Source of the DNA: Pirellula staleyi DSM 6068
GTDB taxonomy: Bacteria > Planctomycetota > Planctomycetia > Pirellulales > Pirellulaceae
Direction of reading: 5' to 3'
Length of the DNA stretch: 32,000 nt
NCBI GenBank assembly: GCA_000025185.1
Contig: CP001848.1
Location: 5,160,001-5,192,000, forward strand
Both the position numbers and the translations under genes were made by a program. Shown here piece by piece: positions 16,752 through 25,954 of this stretch; position 1 is the stretch's first letter; each line of letters starts with the position of its first letter. The notes beneath the pieces were generated by a model. The model was given only the letters and a program-made list of their open reading frames with translations, made no database searches and was not told the origin of the DNA.

Positions 16752-18764
16752 TTACAGTTTTGGTGGTGGACGCTTCGGTGGGCCCTTTTTAAGCATCATC
16801 AAAGCATCGTTGGCTGGAGCCGGAGCATTCCCTACACCATCACCCATCATGCGGGGACTGGTGTCGGTGAACTCTTCTTTCCAAGTCCATCCGAGCGGCG
16901 TTTTGAGTTCGCGCTCAGCGAGCATAGCCCAGGGTGTATCGGGGTGCTCGGTGACGACACGATTGAGGTACATCTTGCCGCGATCGGCCAGTTTGGCGAG
17001 TGCCGAACCGACGGTGATTTCATCAGCAGGTTCGAGAATCCAGGTGTTGTTTTTTTCGTCCTTGAACTTGAGACCACGCTTAGCAGCAGCGAGCATGGCG
17101 TTGTAGGCCTCGGTCCGAACCTTGGCAGCGATCACGCGACCCATGGCAAGATCGTAGCCAGCCTGCCAGCGGAGAATGGTTTCCTTCTCGCGGTCGGTTT
17201 CGCCCTGCTTCAGAAGTTCGTAAACCGAATTGATCTTCGGTTCTGCACGAGCCGACACTTGCTGAGCTTCAGTCAAAGCGGTCGCAAAAGCGGCTTCGTC
17301 GGACTTCACAAAGCGGAGTGTTGGGCTGACCATCTGGTCGAGCTGCGTTTGGGTAGCAGCCTGGACAAGCACCCAGCGGGCTTTGTTTTGGCTGATACGC
17401 TTCGTCTGCTCAGGAACCGACACATAGTCGGGGCGATACTTTCGCATCACTTCCTGATCGAAGAAATACTTCAGGTGAGCCGAGAAGGCTTGCGTTTCAT
17501 TTCGGGTGACTGCCCGACGCACATCGCGGTTGGGATGCACGGCGAAGTAGATACCACCCGTTTCCACGCACAAGCGAGTGAGTGCAAACGGTCCGAAGCC
17601 TGAATCGATGGCGTCGTCGTCTTCTTCACTGCTGGCAAAACCCATCTTGATTCGCTCAGGGAAGAGCGATTCAGGACCTTGTTCGACGATGCCCCACTGA
17701 GCGGTTTGATCGAACTCGGGGTTCGGATCGACCCACTTCATTTGCGTTTCTTTGCGGCCGAATGGGGCAGGGACACCAATCACGTAGACTGGCATCGCCC
17801 AGCGGCGGCACATCTTCACGGTCTCTTCGAGTCGGGCTTGATCGCTGCCAGCTTCGTCGGTGAAGACGACCAGCATGACGTTTCGTTCGGGCTCGGCCTT
17901 CTCGCCGCTGGTGTAGCGGAACGAAGCGAAATTCTTCGCGGCGTCGTGAACGGCTGAGAAGACGTTTTCGGTTCCCGAGTCATCGTTTTTGATGTCGAGA
18001 ACGGCTTGCTTGAGTTCAGCGAGGCTATCGGTGGGCTTCTTCGTCATCAGCTGAATGCCTTGTCCAAACGACACGATGGTCGAGAGGAGTGGCTTGTCTT
18101 CATGCTTGGTGAACGATTCGTTGCCGGCAGCTTCGATGATGCCGAGTTCTTGATAGATACGATCAAAGCGATCGTGGATGGCTTGACGCTGGGGTACCAG
18201 ACTGGCGGTGCCGTCGAAGAGCCAAACGACAAGCGTTTTTCGTTCTTCGAGCGAGAGCAGAATCTCGTGGGTCATGCGATCGATCGCACCTACCGCACCA
18301 GTGGTTCCTTCACCAGCAGCACCCTTCACGGCGAGGTTATCGCTGTAGTTCAGGCCGGTGGCAACTTCGATGGCGTTATTGATTTCGACATCGACGCTAT
18401 CGACCGTGGGATCGACATCGAGATGGTTCGGGATCGCCGAGATCTCGGAAACGACTTGAGCCATCGAAAGAGCGATTGCATCGCCATTGACGCTGTTAGC
18501 GCCCACTTCTTCGGCTGGAGTTTCGCTGAAGTAGAACTCTTCAGGAACTTTCAGTTCCACCACTTCCTCTTCGGGAGTGGGCATGTCGATGGTCAGATTG
18601 ACCTGATTGTTTTTCACAATCATCGGCACGAGACCGAGCGCCATGATCAAGACCATGTGCACGATGAGGCTCGCCACGAATGCTGGCGAATCGCCATCAA
18701 ACGGAGTCTCTTCCTCGCCCGTTTGTCGCTGCCACCAAACTCGTAAGCCTTCGATGAGCTTCAC
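16752..18764 (-). CDS. membrane-anchored von Willebrand factor A (vWA) domain protein
   Basis: Contains an N-terminal TM helix (FVASLIVHMVLIMALGLVPMIV). vWA beta-strand and MIDAS-like elements are present: KTLVVWLFDGTASL and NVMLVVFTDEAGSD, then PVYVIGVPAPFG. A ~300-aa C-terminal region has no motif I recognise. The preferred start is GTG 18764, with GGGAGA 7 nt upstream; the longest ORF reaches GTG 18863. Confidence 0.7.
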   Translation of the reverse strand: MKLIEGLRVWWQRQTGEEETPFDGDSPAFVASLIVHMVLIMALGLVPMIVKNNQVNLTIDMPTPEEEVVELKVPEEFYFSETPAEEVGANSVNGDAIALSMAQVVSEISAIPNHLDVDPTVDSVDVEINNAIEVATGLNYSDNLAVKGAAGEGTTGAVGAIDRMTHEILLSLEERKTLVVWLFDGTASLVPQRQAIHDRFDRIYQELGIIEAAGNESFTKHEDKPLLSTIVSFGQGIQLMTKKPTDSLAELKQAVLDIKNDDSGTENVFSAVHDAAKNFASFRYTSGEKAEPERNVMLVVFTDEAGSDQARLEETVKMCRRWAMPVYVIGVPAPFGRKETQMKWVDPNPEFDQTAQWGIVEQGPESLFPERIKMGFASSEEDDDAIDSGFGPFALTRLCVETGGIYFAVHPNRDVRRAVTRNETQAFSAHLKYFFDQEVMRKYRPDYVSVPEQTKRISQNKARWVLVQAATQTQLDQMVSPTLRFVKSDEAAFATALTEAQQVSARAEPKINSVYELLKQGETDREKETILRWQAGYDLAMGRVIAAKVRTEAYNAMLAAAKRGLKFKDEKNNTWILEPADEITVGSALAKLADRGKMYLNRVVTEHPDTPWAMLAERELKTPLGWTWKEEFTDTSPRMMGDGVGNAPAPANDALMMLKKGPPKRPPPKL

Positions 18765-19584
18765 AGATGCGTCTCCCGCTTCCGAAAGGAATGCACTCGC
18801 CCTGGTGGTGCATTGGCCTAGATGTCTCGCTAACTTGTCAGCCGTTGATCCCCAGCCAAGCACCGCTTGTGCCGAGCTAGGTCAACCACCGACATCGTCA
18901 GTTGTATTTCGCTCGAGCCGAATGGCTCGCTAAGGAACTAACTCCAACTCACACTAAGTTGCATGCACCACACTCAAGTGGTTGCCACAGCACGAGTTGT
19001 TTCTTCCAAACCAGCATTCTCTACCAAAATCGATTGCTTTGCAAGCATTTTGCCTGGGAGTGAACCGGCCGTTCTTCTGTGGGGAGGCTTGGTGCCAGCC
19101 CAGCGTCGTCCAACAGTTGCCGGAGGGTGCTCCACTAGCTAGAAACGTCCCACAGCGTCGGAAGTATCCACTCGACTAGCACAATTTTTTAGGCGAGCTA
19201 GCAGAGCGTTTTCCAACACCACCCAGACACCGCAAACTACCCAAAACAATGACTTTCGGACCAACCGCTGTCCGTAAAGCGAAGGTTCTGGCAAGTTTTA
19301 GGTCGCAGGCTTATTCGTGCCGCTCTGGTCCGATTATTCCCGGCCTCGATTTCACCCCCTCAGGGACGCTGGCTTTATCCGATGTAACTTCGTGAAGCGT
19401 CAAGGGTTTCAATTGACGCTCGCCCTTGTGCCATTTAGGATTAGGTGATGGAAAACCGTTGCTCGGGAGGCCATTAAATTGGTCTTAAGGGAGCATGGAA
19501 CACCTTCAAGAAGTGCCGACCGCCGCTAGCAGAACTGAGCGGTGTGCTTATCGACCCACAATTCTGATTCCAAGCGAGACGATC

Positions 19585-20670
19585 ATGCCTTCTCCACGCC
19601 GCGGAACTCCGAACGACGGAATCTCGCTCGATCGAGACCTTCAGCCGCTGATCAGCCGACGTGCCGCAGTGGTTTCCCTCGCCGCCATCTGCGCTGCCAC
19701 GGCCGAATCCCTCGCTCAAGCGCCAGCAGTTCCTCCGACACGTCCCCAGCCGATGCCCCCCAAAGCGGCTCCCCCCGTCGTGCCGAAGCAACCGGTGCCT
19801 GGCAAAAAGGGGGAAGAGGAAAAGCCCGCTGAGCCCGAAGATATCTCGCTCGAGACCAAAGATGGCGTGATCCTCCGCTGCACCTACTACGCCGGCAAAC
19901 TCGGGAAAAAAGCGGTGCCCGTCATGATGCTGCACGGCTGGGAGGGGCAGCGTAGCGACTATCGCAACATGGCTCTGTACGTCCAGTCGCTGGGGCATGC
20001 CGTGGTCACCGTCGACCTGCGCGGACATGGCCAGAGCATGCAAGCCCGTCTTCCCACGGGAGATACTCGCGAACTCAACCGCGAGATGTTTCGAGCTCGC
20101 GATTTGGAAGCCATGGTGCTCGACGTCGAAGCGGTGAAGAAGTTTCTGGTCAAAAAAAACAACGATGGCGATCTGAATGTCGAGGCACTCACCATCATCG
20201 CCGCCGACTTCAGCTGCATCGTGGCGATGCGCTGGAGCGTGGTCGATTGGAATGCTCCGCTGCTGCCATCCTTCAAGCAAGGCCAGGACGTCAAAGCACT
20301 CGTGCTGCTGTCACCTCTGCAAACGTTCAAAGGACTCACCAACCGCGACGCCATGGCCCACCCAGTCATTCGCGGCAAGCTCTCGACGATGATTGCGGCT
20401 GGCAATCAGAACACCAAATCGCTGGCCGATGCCAAACGGTTGCATGGCATTCTGCAGACACACCACATCAAGCCACCGACCGATCCCGACGAACGTCGCA
20501 AGAAGCTCGATCTGTTCCTGATGACGCCCGACACGTCGCTGCAAGGTGCTGAACTGCTGGGACCAGGTCTCGATACGCCACGCGCTGTGGCGAATTTCAT
20601 CGAGCTGCGTCTCGTCGCCAAACTCGACGAGTACTCGTGGTCTGAACGTATTAATCCCCTGGGACAATAG
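19585..20670 (+). CDS. secreted alpha/beta-hydrolase-fold protein (Tat-like signal, Pro-rich linker)
   Basis: PVMMLHGWEGQRSDY...VVTVDLRGHGQS is the classic HG / DxRGHGxS pattern of alpha/beta hydrolases. The N-terminus (LISRRAAVVSLAAICAATAESLAQA) looks like a twin-arginine signal and is followed by a Pro/Lys-rich linker. The start is ATG 19585 or ATG 19495; the latter has GGGAG only 1 nt upstream. Confidence 0.7.
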   Translation: MPSPRRGTPNDGISLDRDLQPLISRRAAVVSLAAICAATAESLAQAPAVPPTRPQPMPPKAAPPVVPKQPVPGKKGEEEKPAEPEDISLETKDGVILRCTYYAGKLGKKAVPVMMLHGWEGQRSDYRNMALYVQSLGHAVVTVDLRGHGQSMQARLPTGDTRELNREMFRARDLEAMVLDVEAVKKFLVKKNNDGDLNVEALTIIAADFSCIVAMRWSVVDWNAPLLPSFKQGQDVKALVLLSPLQTFKGLTNRDAMAHPVIRGKLSTMIAAGNQNTKSLADAKRLHGILQTHHIKPPTDPDERRKKLDLFLMTPDTSLQGAELLGPGLDTPRAVANFIELRLVAKLDEYSWSERINPLGQ

Positions 20671-20712
20671 AAGTCGCACGCAACCTGCGGCTACTTGAGC
20701 CCTAGGCGAGCA

Positions 20713-21984
20713 CTACAGAGGCTCGAGCGGCAGTTCGATAATCTTGGGCGCAGGCTCTGCTTCTGCTGGTGGCACGCCTCCCGACGAACTGGCCGACGGA
20801 AGATTCGAAATATCTTCGGGTGGCGGTGGTTCGCCGATCGGCGTTATAGCCGACTCGCTGGATGCATCTTTCGCAGCTGCACTAGGTGCTCGCTGGACAC
20901 CTCCCGAGGAAACAGGCCGCGCCACGCCGTAAGGAGTGGATTGTTCGTCGAGCGGTGGCGACGCTGTCACGGGGGTCAGCCGATTCTCGGAGAGTTCGGT
21001 CGTTACCACGGGTGATTCAGCTGGATCTCGCGGCGGGATCATGATCACACGTCCCAGCGGTAACAGATCGGGACTCGTCAGCAACTCGCGATTGAGCGCA
21101 TAGATTTCATTAGCCCGCGATTTCTCGCCGAGATAGCGCTCGGCAAGCCGCTCGAGCGAATCGCCATCCTGAATCGCATGCCGACGAAGCTTCTTGGGTG
21201 GTCGTGGAAAAGGCTGCTGATTCTCGGTCATCCATGGCACGGCGGCGCGGGGATCGACACGATCATCGTCACCTCGTGCACGCGGCGCATCATCGCGCAC
21301 CATCATCGACGCCCCACTAGCTGCGAAATCAATGCGGGCTCGCGAGTCGATCGTTTCGGGACCCGAGGTAAGATCGGGAAGGATCGGCTTAAAGTGGGTC
21401 GGCAGTGCTGGCGGAAGCGCGCTTGTGGTGATTGCCGCCGCATCTTCTTTCGGCTTAGGAGCGAGTGCGATGGCAGGAGATGCCGCTTGCTCGCTCTCGA
21501 GCAAATCAATCGCTGGCGAGGGCTCGCTTTCACCAGCGAGTTGCAGCGTAACATCGGGCCGCTCGAGCGTTATGCCCGGAGAACTACCCGCGAAGGGGCG
21601 CGATTGTGGGAGTGGCACTTTTTCGACCGGCGACGCCGTTACTTGCCGTCGAAACGGCCAGGCAGCCGATACGCCAATCACCACCACGCAAGCGGTTAAG
21701 CCCAATTGTTTGCAATTCACCGGACAACTCTTTCCCGCTGGTGAAACTAGATTCACCCACACGTATCGAGCAGTCCGTTGCCCACTGGGGCAGTTCAGGC
21801 GGCCGCAATCATGCTGCCGCACTTCGCACACGCGATCGGCACGCTGTCCGATCGCTTCTGGGCACGCATTCTCTTGGCCGAGAATACGCCCCTTTCGATA
21901 TCGGCTTTCCTCCCGAGCGAGCCACAAAAAAAGTGGGCCGCGCCGAAGGCTCTTCGTAGTCGCTATGCGCTTTCTAATTGGCAC
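20713..21984 (-). CDS. LysM domain membrane protein, Pro/Ser/Ala-rich
   Basis: The LysM motif is HAIQDGDSLERLAERYLGEKSRANEIYALNRELLTSPDLLPLGRVIMIP. There is a single TM helix (LGLTACVVVIGVSAAWPF). The first ~88 codons of the longest ORF are Arg-rich and doubtful, and an in-frame GTG at 21720 (VNCKQLGLTAC...) is a plausible true start. Confidence 0.6.
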   Translation of the reverse strand: MPIRKRIATTKSLRRGPLFLWLAREESRYRKGRILGQENACPEAIGQRADRVCEVRQHDCGRLNCPSGQRTARYVWVNLVSPAGKSCPVNCKQLGLTACVVVIGVSAAWPFRRQVTASPVEKVPLPQSRPFAGSSPGITLERPDVTLQLAGESEPSPAIDLLESEQAASPAIALAPKPKEDAAAITTSALPPALPTHFKPILPDLTSGPETIDSRARIDFAASGASMMVRDDAPRARGDDDRVDPRAAVPWMTENQQPFPRPPKKLRRHAIQDGDSLERLAERYLGEKSRANEIYALNRELLTSPDLLPLGRVIMIPPRDPAESPVVTTELSENRLTPVTASPPLDEQSTPYGVARPVSSGGVQRAPSAAAKDASSESAITPIGEPPPPEDISNLPSASSSGGVPPAEAEPAPKIIELPLEPL

Positions 21985-22128
21985 AAATGGACGTTGAGCG
22001 AGAGAGCGCCGCGCTTGTGGCGGACTGGTCTACTGTCGCACCGCGCGCAAAAAAAGTCGCGTGATAAGCGGCTGCTCATCACGCGACTTGGAAAGACAGA
22101 TTGTCGCGAACCAATCGCGATTACGGAT

Positions 22129-25100
22129 TTACTTCTTCACGACTTCGGCAGGAGCTGCGGCTGGTGCCGCAATCTCTTTGCCAAGCAGCCACAGCAAGAT
22201 TGGCGAGGCGATGTAGATCGTGCTGTACGAACCAGCGATCACACCAATCACCAGAGCAAACGCAAACGCGTGCACCCCAGGACCACCAAAGAAGTAGAGA
22301 ATCGTCACCACCATCAGCGTCGTGCCCGAGGTGAGCAAACTGCGGCTGAGGGTCTGATTCACACTGTCGTTGACAATCTTGCTCGTGATATCGGGGCTCT
22401 TGCCACGAATTTCGCGAATACGGTCGAAGATCACGATCGTATCGTTCACCGAGTAGCCAATCAGCGTCAGGAACGCGGCTACCACCGGCAGGCTGATCTT
22501 GAACTCTTCCACCCCCGCAAAGCCGAGGAGGCTGGTGAGCCACAGGCTGGCAGCAATCGCACCGAGCATGATCAGCGAATCGTGCAGCAGAGCAACAGCT
22601 GCTGCGATACCCCAAGTGACGTTGTTAAATCGATACCAGATGTAAGCGATCATGCCGGCGATGCTGAAGGCGAGTGCAGCAATTGCACGCCAGCGAGTAT
22701 CGCTCGAAACTTGACCACCAATCTTGCTCGAGGTTTGCCACACAGGAGCACCATCGAGTTCCGACTTCATCGCATCGATCACCTTGGCCGCTTTATCGGT
22801 CGAAACGGGCAGGGTCACGGTCCACTCTTTGAACGCTGCTGTTTGATCGAGATTGTCCCAGTCGGGGTTCTCGAGCTTCACCGACAGATCTTCGTTGATG
22901 GCCGAGCGAGCGGCGTTGAGCACCCGATCGCGGAGTGCTTGAGCACTGATCGAGCTGGTATCGAACGTCAGCTTGAACGACGACTTCACTTCAGGTTCAT
23001 TGGCGACAACTGCTGGAGTGGCAGGGGTCTCGGTAGTGGTGGCAGGTCCCTCGGGAGCAGCGACTGCAGCCGGTGCTTCAGGCACTGGAGTTGCCTCAGC
23101 AGCTGGCTTCTCTTCTGCCGGTTTGTCTTCAGTCTTCGGAGCATCCGCAGGCTTCTCTTCCGCTGGAGCAGCTTCGGCTGGCGGCGTGGTCTCCGCTGGC
23201 TTCTCTTCGGCTGGCTTTTCTTCGGGCTTAGCTTCGTCGGCGGGCTTGTCGTCAGCAGCTGGCTCTTGGCAGCTCCCTTCGGCAGCAGGCTCGGTCGACT
23301 CGGCAGGTTTCGCTTCTTCCGCTGGCTTCTCTTCGGCGGGCTTCTCGTCTGCCGGTTTTTCCTCCGTCTTCGGCGCTTCTTCGGCAGGCTTATCTTCTGC
23401 CTTGGGTGCTTCTGCCGGTGGCTCTTCAGCCTTGGGAGCTTCCGCTGGCTTTTCAGCGGCGGGAGTTTCAGCAGGCTTCTCCGCTGGAACTTCGGCAGGG
23501 ACTTCACCCGGCTTTTCCGTAGCGGGTGGGGTCGTTTCCGGAGTACGAGTATCGACCGGTGGTGGCGTTGCTTCCTTCACTTCCACGGGAGCATCGGCGC
23601 TCATCGCGAAGGTGGTGAGGAGCAACTTGCCATCCTTGGTGAACGCCTCTTCAACCAACTTCTTCAGGTCATCCACCTCTTCCAGCGAGCTGTCGACCTT
23701 GTAGTTCGATCCTGCAGGTGAACCTTCGACTTGCACTTCATTGATCAGATAGTCAACTTTGCTCTTCGTCGATTCGTTCACGGCACCTTTGAAGACCGAG
23801 TCGAGCATTGTCCGGACTTCAGCATCTTGGATCGGCTCTTTGAGCGTGAAGGTCACGCTGGTGCCACCTGCCAGATCGATATCAAACAGGCCAGGTCCAC
23901 GAGCAATGGTGGCGACCAGTCCGATCAGAATCAGCACCACCGAGACCGTGGTGGCTGGCGCGAAATACTTCACCCAGTCGATCGTGGGGTTGGTCATGAA
24001 CTTGGTCATCTCGAGGGTCTTCCAGCGGAAGGCTCGTTCGCCAAGTTCCAGGATCACACGCGAGCAAAAGACTGCCGTGAACATGCTCGTGAGAATACCG
24101 AAGATCAGCGAAATGCCGAAGCCACGGATCTGGTCGGTACCGATCACGTAGAGAACCACCGCCGTGAGGAGTGTGGTCAAGTTACTGTCGAGAATCGTGG
24201 TGAACGCACGCTCGAAACCATTGCGAATGGCCATCCGCAGAGCAGCGCCACGAGCAAGTTCTTCCCGGATACGTTCGTAGATCAGCACGTTGGCATCGAC
24301 GCTCATACCCACTGTGAGCACCAGCCCGGCCAAACCAGGAAGTGTGAACGGAGCCTGCAGCAAAATCATCGCTGCCACGGTCAACAGGATGTTGAGTACC
24401 AGGGCAAAGCAGGCCACGATTCCCGAGACGCGGTAATAGACGAGTACGAAACCGAGCACCAGGAGGAGCGACACAATGATCGCGCGGCTGCCTTTGATGA
24501 TGGTGTCCATGCCCAGGATCGAACCGATTCGGTTTTCGCTGATCGGGTTCTTGTAGAGCACCACAGGCATGCTGCCCGACTTCAGAATTTCGACCATGAA
24601 GCGAACTTCAGCTTCCGAGAACTGGCCGGTGATTTGGCCGTTGTCGGAAATGCGTTCTTGAATCGTCGGAGCGCTCAGGAGTTCATTGTCGAACACAATG
24701 GCGAGCTTACGCTGCAAGTTGGCCGAGGTGAGCGCACCCATCTTCGCCCGCCCCTCACCCTTCATCGAGAAGAGAATGCAAGGACGGAGCTGGCTATCGC
24801 GACCTTCGGCCGGGACACCGAGGTCTTCGCCACGAATGTCGTAGTCCTGGTTGAATGTCAGCAGAACGTCGATTTGCTTGTGGCCGAGCGATTGCAGGTA
24901 GGGTGCAAAGAAACCAGGGTTCTGGGCCAACTGGCCGATAACATTCGGTGGCAGATCGATGATTTGACCGGTCCGGGCATCGCGAATGACGGAGTAGAAC
25001 AGGCTCGGATCGCGGAACTGAGCCGTTTCGGCACTTTCAGGATCGCCATCGGTTTCGCGAGCTGCGCGGGCCCAAAAACCGATCAGCTCTTCGCCATTCT

Positions 25101-25707
25101 TTACGCTCTTTTCGAGTTCCAAACCGGGACGCTGCGATTGCTCGCGAGCGATTTCCACCAGCTGCTGATCGATCGAGGGATCAGCCACCACCATGAAGCG
25201 GAGGGCACCACCGGTGGTGATGCGTTGCTTGATGAGTTCGACTTCGTTGGAGTCGACTTCAGGAACGACGATTTCGATCTGCTCGGTGCCGAAGGGGCGA
25301 ATCACGATTTCTTTAAGACCATCGGGATTCAAACGCTTGCCGAGCACCTTGATCAGTGCGGGCATGTCCCAGTTGTCGGAGCGACCCTGGGGATCGAGCG
25401 CGGCGGTTTCGACTTTATCGACTTCATAAACCAGGATCACACCACCTTGCAGGTCGACCCCCAGCTTGTAATTGCCGAAAAGGACCATCGGTAGTGCGCC
25501 GAGAAAAGCGGCGAGCACCAGCCCGAGCTTCCAGCCGTATTCGGGGGCTCGCAGGTTCTTGGCAATCAAGAACCCCAAAGCGTAGCCAATCACGATGGCG
25601 GCGATCACGATCACCGCTTCGATGCTAACTCCCAAGACGGGAGAGGCAGACAAATCGATTAGTCGATTGGCAGCCAACAGCAAACTTTGCGAAGCTTCAA
25701 CAATCAT
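22129..25707 (-). CDS. secDF: protein translocase subunit SecDF fusion (1192 aa)
   Basis: SecD part: YKLGVDLQGGVILVYEV, then the P1 domain, then the RND-like TM bundle (LVLTVGMSVDANVLIYERIREE). SecF part: NPTIDWVKYFAPATT...DIDLAGGTSVTFTL...LHDSLIMLGAIA...TLIGYSVNDTIVIFDRIRE. It follows tgt and yajC, as in the canonical operon. Confidence 0.93.
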   Translation of the reverse strand: MIVEASQSLLLAANRLIDLSASPVLGVSIEAVIVIAAIVIGYALGFLIAKNLRAPEYGWKLGLVLAAFLGALPMVLFGNYKLGVDLQGGVILVYEVDKVETAALDPQGRSDNWDMPALIKVLGKRLNPDGLKEIVIRPFGTEQIEIVVPEVDSNEVELIKQRITTGGALRFMVVADPSIDQQLVEIAREQSQRPGLELEKSVKNGEELIGFWARAARETDGDPESAETAQFRDPSLFYSVIRDARTGQIIDLPPNVIGQLAQNPGFFAPYLQSLGHKQIDVLLTFNQDYDIRGEDLGVPAEGRDSQLRPCILFSMKGEGRAKMGALTSANLQRKLAIVFDNELLSAPTIQERISDNGQITGQFSEAEVRFMVEILKSGSMPVVLYKNPISENRIGSILGMDTIIKGSRAIIVSLLLVLGFVLVYYRVSGIVACFALVLNILLTVAAMILLQAPFTLPGLAGLVLTVGMSVDANVLIYERIREELARGAALRMAIRNGFERAFTTILDSNLTTLLTAVVLYVIGTDQIRGFGISLIFGILTSMFTAVFCSRVILELGERAFRWKTLEMTKFMTNPTIDWVKYFAPATTVSVVLILIGLVATIARGPGLFDIDLAGGTSVTFTLKEPIQDAEVRTMLDSVFKGAVNESTKSKVDYLINEVQVEGSPAGSNYKVDSSLEEVDDLKKLVEEAFTKDGKLLLTTFAMSADAPVEVKEATPPPVDTRTPETTPPATEKPGEVPAEVPAEKPAETPAAEKPAEAPKAEEPPAEAPKAEDKPAEEAPKTEEKPADEKPAEEKPAEEAKPAESTEPAAEGSCQEPAADDKPADEAKPEEKPAEEKPAETTPPAEAAPAEEKPADAPKTEDKPAEEKPAAEATPVPEAPAAVAAPEGPATTTETPATPAVVANEPEVKSSFKLTFDTSSISAQALRDRVLNAARSAINEDLSVKLENPDWDNLDQTAAFKEWTVTLPVSTDKAAKVIDAMKSELDGAPVWQTSSKIGGQVSSDTRWRAIAALAFSIAGMIAYIWYRFNNVTWGIAAAVALLHDSLIMLGAIAASLWLTSLLGFAGVEEFKISLPVVAAFLTLIGYSVNDTIVIFDRIREIRGKSPDITSKIVNDSVNQTLSRSLLTSGTTLMVVTILYFFGGPGVHAFAFALVIGVIAGSYSTIYIASPILLWLLGKEIAAPAAAPAEVVKK
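23015..23598 (-). repeat. coding low-complexity imperfect tandem repeat (Pro/Glu/Ala/Lys-rich linker inside SecF periplasmic region)
   Basis: Protein: DAPVEVKEATPPPVDTRTPETTPPATEKPGEVPAEVPAEKPAETPAAEKPAEAPKAEEPPAEAPKAEDKPAEEAPKTEEKPADEKPAEEKPAEE...KPAEEKPAAEATPVPEAPAAVAAPEGPATTTETPATPAVV. The DNA shows recurring GCTGGCTTCTCTTCGGC(G/T)GG-type units on the plus strand. Confidence 0.85.
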
Positions 25708-25954
25708 GAGAGGACATTCCCTATCCGAATAAAATCGCTTGGCTCATCATTTATCGTCGAGCTGAAAACTTCCTCTGCCCACCACTCATTGGGAGCAAGT
25801 CACTGGAGCTTCAGGGATCGCCCTGATCTGCCCCTCAGGAAGTCAGCCAATATCGCTACCCAAGTCAGTTCTGCATTTGCTTTGCCTTGCGGCAAGTTTC
25901 TGTCAGCGAGCCATCGGGCTGCTGGCAGAGGCGCTATCACCACGCTGCTGAAAA

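Noticed and set aside
16743-18746. Plus-strand ORFs 16743-17603 (286 aa) and 18006-18746 (246 aa) opposite the vWA gene
   Set aside because: These are antisense shadows. They have no recognisable domains, and the minus-strand frame carries the TM helix and vWA strands.
23015-23598. Repetitive DNA considered as a possible CRISPR-like or noncoding tandem array
   Set aside because: The repeats are imperfect, lack unique spacers and lie in-frame within secDF, where they encode a PAEEK-type low-complexity linker.
21778-25494. Very long plus-strand ORFs (21778-23721, 647 aa; 23731-25494, 587 aa; also 22973-23704) opposite secDF
   Set aside because: Their products are Arg/Gly/Ser/Phe-rich low-complexity strings with no motifs. 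The minus strand encodes an unmistakable SecD/SecF. Long antisense shadow ORFs are expected in GC-rich genes with strong codon bias.
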